Origin: an uncultured Gammaproteobacteria bacterium
Lineage (GTDB): Bacteria > Pseudomonadota > Gammaproteobacteria > Chromatiales > Chromatiaceae
Assembly: GCA_964497145.1 (NCBI GenBank)
Contig: CAZCDY010000006.1
Coordinates: 1,667 to 58,425, forward strand
DNA: 56,759 nucleotides
Direction of reading: 5' to 3'
The notes under the pieces are model-generated. The model made no database searches. It had not been told where the DNA came from and saw only the letters and a program-made list of their open reading frames with translations. The position numbers and the translations under genes were made by a program. Below are positions 56,324 through 56,759 of this stretch, piece after piece. Every line of letters begins with the position of its first letter. Position 1 is the first letter of the stretch.

Positions 56324-56759
56324 ATGGAATCGATCCTACTGACCATCGTTCTGGCGCCGCTGGCTGGCGCAATCATCGCGGGGCTGTTTCGCAACCAGGT
56401 GGGGCGTGTCGGCGCTCACTCGGTCACCATCCTCGGCGTGGGTATCGCCTGTGTTCTATCGCTTTACGTGCTCTATCAGCATGCCTTCGCGGGTGCGCCG
56501 GTCTACAACGAGACGGTGTACACCTGGATGGTCAGCGATGGCCTGCGAATGGAGGTCGGGTTCCTGGTCGATCGCCTGACCGCGATGATGATGGCCGTGG
56601 TGACCTTCGTGTCGCTGATGGTGCATATCTACACCATCGGTTATATGGAACATGAAGAGGGCTATGAGCGCTTTTTCAGCTATATCGCGCTGTTCACCTT
56701 CTCGATGCTGATGCTGGTGATGGCCAACAACTTCCTGCAGCTGTTCTTCGGCTGGGAGG
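56324..56759 (+). CDS. nuoL: NADH-quinone oxidoreductase subunit L (3'-truncated by window end)
   Basis: The frame from ATG 56324 reads MESILLTIVLAPL...DRLTAMM...VHIYTIGYM...RFFSY...NNFLQLFFGWE. Confidence 0.95.
   Translation, partial: MESILLTIVLAPLAGAIIAGLFRNQVGRVGAHSVTILGVGIACVLSLYVLYQHAFAGAPVYNETVYTWMVSDGLRMEVGFLVDRLTAMMMAVVTFVSLMVHIYTIGYMEHEEGYERFFSYIALFTFSMLMLVMANNFLQLFFGWE

Overview
GC-rich gammaproteobacterial chromosome segment. Gene content and order suggest a Chromatiales/Sedimenticolaceae-like organism (inference). In order: 3' part of thrC; divergent nucleotide-sugar genes (UDP-glucuronate epimerase, tviB-like); core of a PEP-CTERM/exosortase-A EPS locus (TIGR03013-type sugar transferase, prsK, prsR, prsT); FGGY kinase-queF; smc-zipA-ligA; aapJQMP; an accessory block (FlhB-CC-like and FliK-like pair, membrane pentapeptide protein, small secreted Cys protein, CPA2 antiporter, small conserved-looking ORF, PAS-GGDEF-EAL, trmO, DUF1244, cnoX, trxC); carAB-greA-GT4-yhbY-rlmE-ftsH-folP-glmM-tpiA-secG-tRNA-Leu(GAG); nuoA-K and the start of nuoL. 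No CRISPR array, prophage or transposase was seen. The most notable anomalies are three apparent junctions at conserved motifs: FtsH lacks about 64 aa including the HEXXH protease motif, PrsR lacks about 56 nt including most of GAFTGA and is frameshifted, and the first ~90 nt look like a CocE/NonD hydrolase fused to thrC. These may be assembly artefacts. Also seen: 9-nt-period repeat elements in the carA-carB and nuoF-nuoG spacers, sigma28 motifs linking the accessory block to the late flagellar regulon (including a 20-codon leader ORF coupled to the c-di-GMP gene), and back-to-back sigma32-like promoters between cnoX and trxC. I cannot claim a definitely new system from sequence alone; family assignments come from motif recognition, not database searches.
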